DNA from: Halocafeteria seosinensis
Taxonomy: Eukaryota
Length of the DNA stretch: 38,046 bases
NCBI GenBank assembly: GCA_001687465.1
Contig: LVLI01000574.1
Coordinates: 1-38,046, forward strand
Direction of reading: 5' to 3'
Shown: piece by piece, positions 10,353-21,100 of the stretch
How the letters are laid out: each line of letters opens with the position of its first letter
Position numbering within the stretch: position 1 is the first letter of the stretch
Notes under the pieces: model-generated
What the model was told of the DNA's origin: nothing
The model's input: only the letters and a program-made list of their open reading frames with translations
The model's database searches: none
Program-made: the position numbers and the translations under genes

Positions 10353-12314
10353 ATGAAGCGGCTGTTGGCTCCCGTGCTCAAACGGAGGAGATGGCGAACA
10401 GAAGGAGCGCGCAGATATCATGGGACTCCCACATTGTGGTCCAATGGGAGCGTTTACGAGGAATTTAAGGGGAACGAAGTACCTCCAGTGGATATTGAGC
10501 AGTTTCTTAAGGACAAATCCTCCGAATGGCTGGTCCGAATTGGCCTCGAAGTTCATGCTCAAGTGCTCTCCCGAACCAAATTGTTCAGCGCAGCCGCGGC
10601 GGATTCGGATTTACATGCAGCGCCAAATACCCATGTCAGTCTGTTTGATGCCGCGATACCGGGTACTCTTCCTCGAATAAACCAGGAATGTATAGCCCAA
10701 GCAATCCGAACTGGACTCGCTATGCAGACCAGGATACCGGAAACATGTAGTTTCGAACGCAAGCACTACTTCTATTACGATTCTCCTCTAGGCTACCAGA
10801 TTACGCAACTGGACAACCCTGTAGCGGAATACGGGCATGTGACAATCGACTTGGAAGGTGAAAAACCAACAGGGAAGAAGAAGAGCAACAAGAAGGAGAA
10901 GCAAGCTCCGGGGAACGATAGTGCTCAACCTAGTTCGAAGTCTGTCCGTATCCGACGAATCCAATTGGAACAGGACACGGGGCGAAGTAGCCATACATTG
11001 TCTCGGCAACACACTCTAGTAAACTTAAATAGAGCTGGAGCCGCTCTTATGGAAATTGTAACAGAGCCAGACATGGTATCGGCGAAGGAGGCAGGCCTGT
11101 TTTTGAGGAAGCTGCAGACGTTGTTGCGACATATACAGACTTGCGACGCCAACATGGAGAGTGGAAGTATTCGATGTGACGTTAATGTGTCAGTACATGC
11201 GCTTGATCCATCAAGTGTGTACGCGAAAAATGGACGGGTAGAGATTAAGAATATGAATAGCTTACGCAGTATCGAAAGGGCGATCAACTACGAAGCGTAC
11301 CGGCAAATTTCACTTATTGAACAGGCGGAAAAAAGTCAAACCCCTCCACAGCCAATCACAATGGAAACTCGGACATTCAATGCTGTCACAGGAATTACAG
11401 CTCGTCTCCGTAGTAAAGAAGACGCAATAGACTACCGTTTCATGGCGGAGCCGGACTTGCCAGTGATTACAGTGGACGCCGACATGGTTAAGTCGTTGCG
11501 CTCTTCTCTTCCAGAGCTACCAGATGCTCTTCGAGAACGATTTCAAGTTGACTATGGATTGTCCCATTACGATGCCAATGGTTTAGTAAATGAACCTAAT
11601 GGAGCAATGTTTTTCGAAGAGGTCCTCGAGCGTGTCTGTTCAAAGAACCTAAGTACCCCAGGTAGTTCGACAGGTGGTTCGTTGGAGGCGGTTTCCAAGG
11701 ATCTCAAAGCAATGTATGCGAAGCAAGCAGCGAATTGGGTATGCAATGAGTTATTGGGGCGACTGAGGGAAGAGCACAAAGCAGTTGGTGACGCTTCAAC
11801 CCCTAGTGCTACCGACATAGCAGATATTATAGTGCTTCAAAACCGTGGAACCATTTCTGGGAAGATCGCGAAGGACGTCTTAGACACGCTTTTTGAAGAA
11901 CTGTCGGGTAAAGAGAAAAGTCGAGTTAGGTCACCAGCTACTATCGTGGAAGAAAATGCTTGGAAGCAACTCGAAGATACTCAACTAATACGAGATGTGT
12001 GTGAAAGAGTTATCAAAGCCGAAGCCGAAGGAGTAGACATAGCATCATTGTTTTCGGAAAATATCGTGGAACGCTTGGCATCAGGTGTCCAGGAGGACCC
12101 ACAAGCGATCTGGAGTAGTATTCATAGTATGAGCAGCAAAGCTAAAAAGAAAGCAAAGGATGACAAGATGATTGAAAAGTGGAGAGAAGGTCGAGGACGC
12201 GTGCTTGATTCTTTTGTTGGGAAGGTCATGGCGCTAACTAAGGCTAAAGCTAATCCTGTCATTGTGTCGGAAGAACTCCAAGGGTCGTTGAATCGGTTTC
12301 TACATCATAGCTAG
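10353..12314 (+). CDS. gatB: Mitochondrial Glu-tRNA(Gln) amidotransferase subunit B (GatB/PET112), about 653 aa
   Basis: Motifs IGLEVHAQ, KLFS, PGTLP, FERKHYFY.D.PLGYQITQ, IQLEQDTGRS, LNRAG..LMEIVTEPD, RCDVNVSV, VEIKNMNS, METR, RSKE...DYRFMAEPDLP, plus a C-terminal YqeY-like G.VM..TK.KANP. The first ATG at 10353 gives an Arg-rich presequence-like N-terminus (MKRLLAPVLKRRRWR). Confidence 0.96.
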   Translation: MKRLLAPVLKRRRWRTEGARRYHGTPTLWSNGSVYEEFKGNEVPPVDIEQFLKDKSSEWLVRIGLEVHAQVLSRTKLFSAAAADSDLHAAPNTHVSLFDAAIPGTLPRINQECIAQAIRTGLAMQTRIPETCSFERKHYFYYDSPLGYQITQLDNPVAEYGHVTIDLEGEKPTGKKKSNKKEKQAPGNDSAQPSSKSVRIRRIQLEQDTGRSSHTLSRQHTLVNLNRAGAALMEIVTEPDMVSAKEAGLFLRKLQTLLRHIQTCDANMESGSIRCDVNVSVHALDPSSVYAKNGRVEIKNMNSLRSIERAINYEAYRQISLIEQAEKSQTPPQPITMETRTFNAVTGITARLRSKEDAIDYRFMAEPDLPVITVDADMVKSLRSSLPELPDALRERFQVDYGLSHYDANGLVNEPNGAMFFEEVLERVCSKNLSTPGSSTGGSLEAVSKDLKAMYAKQAANWVCNELLGRLREEHKAVGDASTPSATDIADIIVLQNRGTISGKIAKDVLDTLFEELSGKEKSRVRSPATIVEENAWKQLEDTQLIRDVCERVIKAEAEGVDIASLFSENIVERLASGVQEDPQAIWSSIHSMSSKAKKKAKDDKMIEKWREGRGRVLDSFVGKVMALTKAKANPVIVSEELQGSLNRFLHHS

Positions 12315-12355
12315 TTGCGGATTTGACGAGTTACGACGTACGAGCAGTATTTGTA

Positions 12356-12371
12356 CTCTCTCTCTCTCACG

Positions 12372-12402
<31 letters not shown>
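12356..12402. repeat. Compound (CT)n / (CACG) / (CA)n microsatellite
   Basis: Read directly, just downstream of the gatB stop codon. Confidence 0.95.
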
Positions 12403-13070
12403 GTAATGAATCCCTTGTGTCACTCCTTCAATCGCAGCAGATACATTGTATGCACCAACGGCAGTAGCGTCAACCTTCATGCCGTACGGCTCGGTACTAG
12501 ATCTACAATATGGTCAGTTGTCACTGACAACTTGTCAGTGGTCACCTGCCCACTAGCCCAGACGGCAGAAACTTCGCCGGTTTGTTTACACCATTATCTA
12601 CGGCAAAAAAAAAGGTCGAGAAGAATGTCCTACAATACAGGGTCAGCAGGGTACACTCCAACTTGAATACTAGCTCTATCAACTCCGAAACCCTACTCGG
12701 TCCCAGCTAATATACCGACATCGNTTCTGACCCGCTCACTTTAGTATTCGGATGTACTTCAATGCGGTTACACACCCCACTTCAAGTCGGCTGGTGTTGT
12801 GAAGGTGGTAACGGCCTTCCTTCCCCTTCAAGTTCCCTAGGGACCCTTTTTGTTACTGTATGGCATTATTTTACATCCTTTGCATGGACGAATCAAGCAT
12901 GTGTTGACCGAATTGGACAAGTGAAAGTATAATTTTCATTGTGTGTAAACCTTGTGTCGTTTAAATCACTTCATGATATCAAATAAGGGCGCTAGTTTCC
13001 ACTGAGTCAACTCAGGAAGCCCGGAAATCCCCTTTCTAGGCCCCTTTAAAGCTGTATAGAGCGAATTGAC

Positions 13071-16000
13071 ATGGATGAATCACCTTCTACAGCGTCCGAG
13101 ACAATCCAAGCTACCGTAACGCATGATGGAATGGCGGCGCCGACGCGATTAGATGAGCCACCGTCGCCCATTTCCTCGGCGGAAATGGAGGAAAACGAAC
13201 AAAATGGAGCTGATATTATACAGTTTAATACAGTTGATCAAGGCCACGCTGCGCACAATGAAGCTAATCATGTCGACGAATGCTCATTGCAGTGTGCCGT
13301 GCGGACCCTGTCCGCCGAAGATGCAAATACAGCTGGAGACACGGAGCCCACTATGGAGGAGCGCCATACACAGAGGGCCATACATCGTCAAGACAGTAGT
13401 ACAACCCATAGTGGCGGTGACCGTAGTCGAACGTACCCAGAAGGTGGAAGCGAGTACAGTGACGATAGGAGGACCGACCCCATGTCGGTATTGACGAACA
13501 ATGCTCTGTCTCCGGACGTCATTCGGCAACGCTTGGAAAGACTATGTCTACGGGGACTCATAGACAGCGATACGGGGAGACGCGTGCTATCTGAATTGCT
13601 AGGCGATAATGCCACCACTGAACAAGAACCAAGCTGTGATACGACAAGAGGAAGTGAAGGCTTGCATTCCTGGAAAGCGAGTCGTATATACCGAGACGCA
13701 CGGCAAAATCGGATTCAGGAGACGGACACCGAAGTAGAAGGAAACAGCGATGAGATGATGCAAGATAACCATTCTTCTTCTCATCTAAATGAAGAGGGTT
13801 CGTTTGGATCGGAGCAAAAGAATTACCTCGATATGAATGATGTGAGTAGTGTCCAACCTGCGCTCGGTGGAAGTGTAGGCGTGGACAACGAAACCGCCGA
13901 AGATGATGACCACGATACAAGTACAAATCAAGAGGAGGAAGATCACGGTGCTTCCGATCTCAAAGGATCTGAGCATGCAGCTGCTCAGGCGGCTACAACG
14001 GTGGCAGGCACTGTTAGTTCGGCGTCTGCAAGCGGCAGTACGGGTCGAATTTCTCGGCACGAAGAGGAATCGTCTTCCGCTATTTGCGGCGGACATACGG
14101 TAGAGACTGCAGCCACATGCGGCTCCACTAGTAAGGACGAACAGGACACTGAAAGCGATGCTGATGATTTCGGGGACGAAGTAGCTCCGCTACCGTTCTC
14201 AGGAGAGTCGGTTGCCGACTCTAAGTGCGAAGGGGGTAACACTGTGTCGTCCGAAGCATCAGAAGATTTCCAGATAGCTTCAGAAGACGACGATGTCAGC
14301 CGGCGGACACAGTTTTCGTTCTCCAGTAGAAATCAATCTCTACTAAATATGGAGACTTCCACTGACCTCGGCGATATCAACCTTGAGGCCTACGACGATG
14401 ATGCCAACGCTGGATATTCTCAGAAAGGGAATAGCAGTGTGTGTGCTGTAATACAGGATGATGGTGATGCTACCCCATTGGACAGACAAGAGTTGGAACG
14501 CACGCAGCACGACGGTGCACGTCTTGAAAACGCCCCAAACGGCCCTTCTGACGACCACCGCACGCCCCTTCCGGCTCTGTCTGGGGCCCTGCCGGATTGG
14601 ATTGAAGAGGAGACTACACGAAGATCTGGCAAAGGACAAAGGAGCAGGGCACACTCAACCACACCAAAAGATGTGTCCATTCATAGCAATGGTGCGTCGC
14701 AAAGCGTTGTTTCCATTGCTAGTACCGCTGCTCAGGACCCGTCTCACGAAATGAAATATGCCATAACGAATCATCACTTCTTTAATACTTTCCTTGATCC
14801 TTACGCCACGCGCGGCAGAAGCGTATCACAAGAGGATTCTTGCAATGGTAGTATGGCTTCAGGGCTCAATACCAACATGGCCATCGAAGGAACGCCAAGC
14901 TCTTTTGCATTTGCAGCATCTAGTGGCCGATCCGTCTTGTCCGCTGTTGGTAGCGATTTCGGCGACGACCAAGGTTCACACGTCGAAGTAGCCTCAGTTG
15001 AAGCTAGGCCGCCTACTCCTGGATTTACTGGACGGTGGGGATCGCGAGTCTACAGTCGACCAAATCCATCTACGGAGAATCAACACAGCCATGGATTTAG
15101 TACTGCTCTAAGCAATATACCATTCTGGGAGGAAACCTCGTCTGTATCTAATGAGCACAATGCCGGTGTAGATGATGTGGAGAACCCGGGAAACTATCAC
15201 GGTCAGTCATTACCCAACCCGTTTAGGGCAGAAAGAGGCAGTGTAGGTTCTGGAGTTTCGCGAATGTCGACCATGGCTCTACGCGAAGGATCTCTCAATA
15301 GTATATGGGGATCTGTCGGTTTGGATAGCCAGTTCGGAACCTCTTCTTGGGGCTTTCAAGACACCGAAAATGGTGATGACATGCCTCGTCACACGTTCGA
15401 ACAACGATCGCTGAGTGAGAGCGAACCAGCAGCAGGAGCGAATGCAACTGAGAGGGGATACAGCGAAACAGGATCTGCAGAAGATCAAGAATACCGCACT
15501 GAATTACTCGGGCGAACGTCAGTGAGATTTGAAGCGAACCCGCAGTCGATCGATGAGGCTGCAAACGAAGATACGGATTTTGAACATTCAAGGGAGTTTT
15601 CGGAAGATGAGTTCGCTGACGGTGAAAATTATGGACGGGAAAGCGATGACAATTCCGTTGGCCCCGATGCTACGGACCGTGCTATATCTCAGGCAAGTGG
15701 CAGGAGCTTACCAGATACGGACCAGATGAGTCAAGACTACGCCGATGGAAACGATGAGAAAAGTGAAGGAGCTCCAGACGTCATGGGTGAAGACGCCCCA
15801 CAAAGACTCTTTCACAACCATGGAGACAGTGTCGCGCCTACCGAAAGGGATACAATGGAACATCGTCGGTGGAATCTGACAAAATATCGTTCTAGTAACA
15901 GAAGACGCCTGTACTCTCCTGTCAGGCAGCCTGACGGCTATCCGCTGGATCCCCAACATGCGAGATCCTTGATTTTAAATACCTGGTTTTCCTGTCGTCA

Positions 16001-16598
16001 ACGAGCTTCAGCCTCGAATGGCAGTAGCTTACCGTCAACCAATGGGCAAGGCAAAAGTCGAAAACGACCTGCCACAGCTCGGCATGCCAGAAATCAACCC
16101 CCGAGTGTAGGTCTCAAGCGTGAATATGACGAGCCGGCTAAAGCCTTGCGGCCTTCTTCGGCATGCCCGACGAGGCAAGAGCAAAGAAAGAGGACTGTGA
16201 ATTCTTCCTGCTTTTTAGAAGAAGATGATGATAGTGAAGATGATTCTAGACTTCTGTACGTCGGTAATTTCCAGCCTTCGTTCCGGAGTACTGCCGAAAT
16301 GCCAGCCAACCATACTGGAGTGGGTCAGTCATCGGAATCCTCAAATGAAGATAATCGGTTGACTGAAACACACCAAAAAGACCTGCCACATGAATCACGC
16401 TCTACTAATGGATTTAGCTCTCCGATTCAGAGGAACGTAATCCGTCGACCCATTGCTTCGTCGCGTTTGCAAAGGGCCATTCACAACAACAAGCAACCGT
16501 ACACTCCATCCAAGCCTGAACGTAGAGCGCTTCAAAGGGAGTTAGCCGAGGAGATTCCCGAACTGAATAAGCGCCAAACAAGGAGTTTACTCCAATGA
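13071..16598 (+). CDS. Large acidic, Ser-rich, probably intrinsically disordered protein of unknown function, 1175 aa
   Basis: 3.5-kb open frame rich in D/E/S/G with a basic C-terminal part. The only clearly helix-like patch is SPDVIRQRLERLCLRGLIDSDTGRRVLSELLG. No family recognised. Confidence 0.8.
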   Translation: MDESPSTASETIQATVTHDGMAAPTRLDEPPSPISSAEMEENEQNGADIIQFNTVDQGHAAHNEANHVDECSLQCAVRTLSAEDANTAGDTEPTMEERHTQRAIHRQDSSTTHSGGDRSRTYPEGGSEYSDDRRTDPMSVLTNNALSPDVIRQRLERLCLRGLIDSDTGRRVLSELLGDNATTEQEPSCDTTRGSEGLHSWKASRIYRDARQNRIQETDTEVEGNSDEMMQDNHSSSHLNEEGSFGSEQKNYLDMNDVSSVQPALGGSVGVDNETAEDDDHDTSTNQEEEDHGASDLKGSEHAAAQAATTVAGTVSSASASGSTGRISRHEEESSSAICGGHTVETAATCGSTSKDEQDTESDADDFGDEVAPLPFSGESVADSKCEGGNTVSSEASEDFQIASEDDDVSRRTQFSFSSRNQSLLNMETSTDLGDINLEAYDDDANAGYSQKGNSSVCAVIQDDGDATPLDRQELERTQHDGARLENAPNGPSDDHRTPLPALSGALPDWIEEETTRRSGKGQRSRAHSTTPKDVSIHSNGASQSVVSIASTAAQDPSHEMKYAITNHHFFNTFLDPYATRGRSVSQEDSCNGSMASGLNTNMAIEGTPSSFAFAASSGRSVLSAVGSDFGDDQGSHVEVASVEARPPTPGFTGRWGSRVYSRPNPSTENQHSHGFSTALSNIPFWEETSSVSNEHNAGVDDVENPGNYHGQSLPNPFRAERGSVGSGVSRMSTMALREGSLNSIWGSVGLDSQFGTSSWGFQDTENGDDMPRHTFEQRSLSESEPAAGANATERGYSETGSAEDQEYRTELLGRTSVRFEANPQSIDEAANEDTDFEHSREFSEDEFADGENYGRESDDNSVGPDATDRAISQASGRSLPDTDQMSQDYADGNDEKSEGAPDVMGEDAPQRLFHNHGDSVAPTERDTMEHRRWNLTKYRSSNRRRLYSPVRQPDGYPLDPQHARSLILNTWFSCRQRASASNGSSLPSTNGQGKSRKRPATARHARNQPPSVGLKREYDEPAKALRPSSACPTRQEQRKRTVNSSCFLEEDDDSEDDSRLLYVGNFQPSFRSTAEMPANHTGVGQSSESSNEDNRLTETHQKDLPHESRSTNGFSSPIQRNVIRRPIASSRLQRAIHNNKQPYTPSKPERRALQRELAEEIPELNKRQTRSLLQ

Positions 16599-16648
16599 TT
16601 TTTTTTTTTTTTTTTTGCCGCCCGCAAAATAACACACACACACACACA
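16598..16648. repeat. Poly-T tract followed by (AC)n microsatellite
   Basis: A run of about 18 T directly after the stop codon, then about 8 AC units at 16633-16648. Confidence 0.9.
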
Positions 16649-16813
16649 TTCAGTTGTGCTACTTACCAGGGTTGAGAGTTTGGAAGCGACCAAGTGCGTA
16701 GTTGGGGTGTAGTCATTTGGATTGTCAATGTCGTTTCTTTACCACAAGACAAAAGTACATTTTTAATAACATGTGCGTGTATCTCAGTTAAACCCCAAAA
16801 TACACTAGACAGT

Positions 16814-17888
16814 ATGGTGGTGCTGTTAGCGACGGCGGGGTACGATTATACCATCCGGTTCTGGGATCCGTCCTCCACCCAGTCGACTCAGAGCATCTCC
16901 CACCCGGAGAAGGTGCGTTGAATTCCTCCTTCTGTCTCTCTGTACCTACGTGCGCGGTACGTATTCTGATGCATGCAGCAAGTGAATTGCCTCGAGTTCT
17001 CGGCGGACAAACAGTATTTGGCAGCGGGAAGCAACCCATCAGCTCGCGTTTACCAAGTGTCGAAACTCTCGTCCACCACGACCAATCACGATCCCGTGTT
17101 CAAACTGGAGGGTCATACGCACAATGTCACTTCCGTCGGATTCCAGCGGGAGAATCGCTGGATGTACACGGGGTCTGAAGATGGAACTGTGCGCGTATGG
17201 GACATGCGCGCTTCCCGAAAGTGCCAGCGGACGTATGAGACGCCAGGAGGCGTGAATTCAGTCGCTCTACACCCTAATCAAGGCGAGTTAATTGCCGCCG
17301 ATAATGCTGGATTAGTTACGGTTTGGGACTTGGCAGCTGATAAATGCATCAATGAGCTAGCCCCGGAGGAATCCACGGCACTGTCCTCGGTCACCATTGC
17401 CAACGACGCTTCCATTGTGGTGGCTTCAACGTATTCAGGGAATTGCTTCTTCTGGGATTCCAGGGGGTCTTCGGATAATTGGACCCCCATGCGGCAACTG
17501 CAAGCTCATAAGACGTACATTCTCCGATGCAGACTGAGCCCCGACTCGGAGTACTTGGCGACGTGCTCCTCCGATAAAACATGCAAGCTGTGGAAAATCA
17601 GCGATTTTTCGCTGTTTGGCACTTTGACAGGACACTCGAGATGGGTATGGGACTGTCGATTTAGTGCAGATAGCAACTACATTGTTACAGGTACGTTGAA
17701 AAGACCCGAGTTCAATGTTAGATGGTCGTGCAGTTACTTACTTAACTGCTCGGGGCGCAGGGTCTTCGGATGGACACTCAAGGTTATGGGAAGTGGAATC
17801 GGGAGACGCCATTGGCACATTCGCTGGCCATCAGAAAGCTGTGGTGACGGTTGCTCTCAATGATACTTTAGTGGAAGGCGAACAGTAG
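16814..17888 (+). CDS. LST8: TOR complex subunit LST8 (WD40), 3 exons, about 312 aa
   Basis: Exons 16814-16912, 16979-17690, 17761-17888 join in frame. Hallmarks: LATAGYD.TIRFW, QVNCL, EGHT.NVTSVGF, WMYTGSEDGT, LHPNQGELI, AH..YIL.C.LSPD..YLATCSSD, GH.RWVWDC.FSADS.YIVT, GHQKAVV.VALND. Confidence 0.97.
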
Positions 17889-18163
17889 TACTTTGGACTA
17901 CACTATGCTTCCGACCCTCAAGAAAATAGTATAATATTGCTTCAAGAATGACATTATTGGTGGTGTTGATTGTTGGCTTAGAGATGGCTACCTACTAAAT
18001 GACGCCGCCGACATGATTATGGTGTGAGGGTCGCTCTCTTGAGCGTCTGCCGGTGGACATATCCAAAGATGGAGTGCGAACCAATTTTCCTTGCAATTAC
18101 TGTGTTTGCTTCGACAGAGGCAACTACCGCAAAGAAGCCGAGCATACGCACTATTATATCTAT

Positions 18164-21100
18164 TCATTCACCGCTGAGGATTTCATCATTCCCTTCATTG
18201 CTAGATCTAGATCTCTTTTGCGGCAATTCACAACGCAAAGACGATATATCTTTGGCCGAAGTATCGCCCAGAGCAGCGCATTCTGCAAGAAACTCAGCTT
18301 TACAGCTTCGAAGCCAAGCCAGCTTATATTCCTCCCGTAATGCTGCGAGTCTGACCACTTCTTTTGCATCATCCACCTCTTGCCCTTTCTGTGAATTCTG
18401 CGGCCTAGGATCTGCCGTAGCAGCACGGTTCTTCGGTTTCCATACGCCCTCAAGTTCGTCGAAAGAGTACCCATCCCGATGATAACCTGGGGCGTAGATG
18501 AATGGCAGAACATCACCCGATGCTTCGTCTGTATACCAACCAACATCGCAGTTTGCAGCTATAGCACACATCATGTGAAGAGGCTGTCTAGTCGCTTCGC
18601 AGAATGAACAAGCTCCTGCCCGCAAGCCACAAACAACACATGTCTGATTGAAATGCTTACGAGGGATTTTCGTCATAATGGGACCCGAAACATTATTTGG
18701 ATTCAGAAATGTGGTTCCCATTGTAGATAGCGAGCAATACAGATGAGCCCATAACCTTTGAGGATGGTATAATTGGGGATCAAGTTTTTCGAGAATGACG
18801 TTAGGCAGCGCAGGGGTCCTCATTTCGTCTTCCATACTCGCGCTTTCTTCTACACGCGCCGTAGCAGTGTTAGCGTCGCCGTTAGTACTAATAGCTGGAC
18901 GATTCCCGCGAGCAGGAACAATGACGTTATTACACTGCCTGGCTACCGACCGCTGAATTGTTTCCGCACGAGGACTGGGAAGTACAGCTACCGGAGAAGC
19001 GGAAGGGCCGGGGCCACCATTTACGCAAGTCAGCTTCAATGCACCACAATACTTTGCACAAAACGCACATGGGGGATCATATTTCCACTGAATGTAAATC
19101 ATGCCCTTCTTCAACTGCTGAATATACTTGTACGTAGCACCGTTGAACCGATGAGCAAACTGCTGAACTTCAGGTAGGAGAAATAGTGGCACCGTAGCCA
19201 GACCCAGTTCGGCTGCTGGACCATTTTCCATAGGCCGGGTAGTCAACAGTCCTGCTGCTATGTCCTGTAAGGGATCCTCATTCGACCTTTGAATAGCAAA
19301 GCCAGCTGACTGGTGATCTAACACATCTGCTAAGAATTTCATCAAACCGACAATATCCATAGTGGTCACATATGATCGAAACCATTCTTTCGAAGTAGAA
19401 GAATCAAAGCCATTTAATTCTTGGAACAACTGAACCAACTTCGGGGGAATGAGATGCTCGACGAAAAGTGGAGAAATTTGCGTTAATTTGCTTGTGAGAC
19501 CGACGGTACCAGCAACACTACATATATGCTGTTGCAGAAGCGGGCTGGAGCACGCCACCCTCATGAGATAGACGCACCGATCACAGAAAAAGTACGGGGC
19601 CAGCTGGGATATTGAATTCTCTGCCGATGAGCGGTAAACAAACATATCCCCATTAGGCAAAGGAATCACGGAGTTATCGTCTTTTGGGCCGCCACTATAA
19701 GCAGCTGGTTTCCTGGTTTCGCCGGACGTAGGACAGTCTGTGCACGGTACCCTTGTTAACGTGGACAGGGTGCTTAGCATATCAAATTGATTCACGTTTC
19801 TGCGCTCACGCTCAAGCTGGCATTTCGCATGTGTACTGCTCCTTCCCTCGAAACACAGAGCATTCTCCCCGCTATCTTGGGTTTCATTACCCGAGCGGGG
19901 GAAACCCGGTGCAGTCTCCCACCAATGCCACCATTCTTTGCAATTTGGCGTGGTAGATGAACCCTTTGTCGAATCATCCTCTATGATTCCGTAGCAAGTG
20001 GGATGCACAATCAGACCGCAGCATTGGCAGGTGATGAGTCTATCGTTTAGGTGAGTCGCTTGCCAACAAATTCCGCAACGTCCTGATCTGTACATAAACT
20101 CTGAACCTCTCCGGCCAATTTCAACTTCGCAGTTATCATTAGCATGCGCAGAAGTACCAACAAGTTGCTGTACAAGGCGGACAAGCTCTTGTAACACACG
20201 ATACTCCAGCTGCTTTGAGGAATAAACCAGATATTTCTGCAACGCGCTCGGTTTGGCGGGTACCTCGGATTTGAGAGCTTTAGTGTCTTTCCTTCTCCGC
20301 TTGGAATGGCCGTCCTGTTTTTGTTTCTTCAGACTGGGGGACCCTTTCTTCTTATTCGAACTATTATCTGTGATATTCAGGCTTGACTTACTGCCATTAA
20401 CTTTGGTTCCATCTTCCTCCCTAGACGTCTTAGAGTATTCCTGGTAAACGTTCTGCGTAACTTTTGCCCTCGAATCGGCATTAGCGTGGGCAGGATTCGT
20501 CACTGCTGAACTACTTCCCACACTCGACGTAAACGAAGGGAAGCTTGCAGTAGATACTGCAGACATGCAGCTTGACGGAAGAGGGAAATCTCGCCAATTA
20601 AAAGATAATCGGGACACGGGGCCAGCAACTCCTGTGGTTTGCGAGTTAATAAAGCTGTTTGAGACATTAGTAGCTGCAGGAGTCCCTTGTGAAGAAAGCA
20701 TTCCACAATGTCGGCTCCGGAGACGTTTAGCATGTTCTAATAAGTCTGGTACACCTAGAAATGCAATTCGCTGTCCGTGTTGAAGGCCTTGGAGCAAAAT
20801 CGACACAGGGCATTCTTTCTGCAGAACTGTAGTATCAACCAACTGTTCTAGTGTCTTGGGAAAAGAACGAAACAATCCTTGAGCCTCATTCGCCGAAAGG
20901 GGACCAAATTTCTGGTATTGGTGCAAGGAGGCCTTGTATTTGGCCACCCGCTGCTTGAGCAACTCGTATTTGATTGGAAAGGCGTTTGCATCACCTCTGT
21001 TGGGTAAGCGGTGGCGATATCTTTCGCGGATGTCGTACTGCTGCTCCAGTTGGCGCTGGGAGGTCGGCGATGTATCAAGCCCTAGACTTTCAAATGAGCG

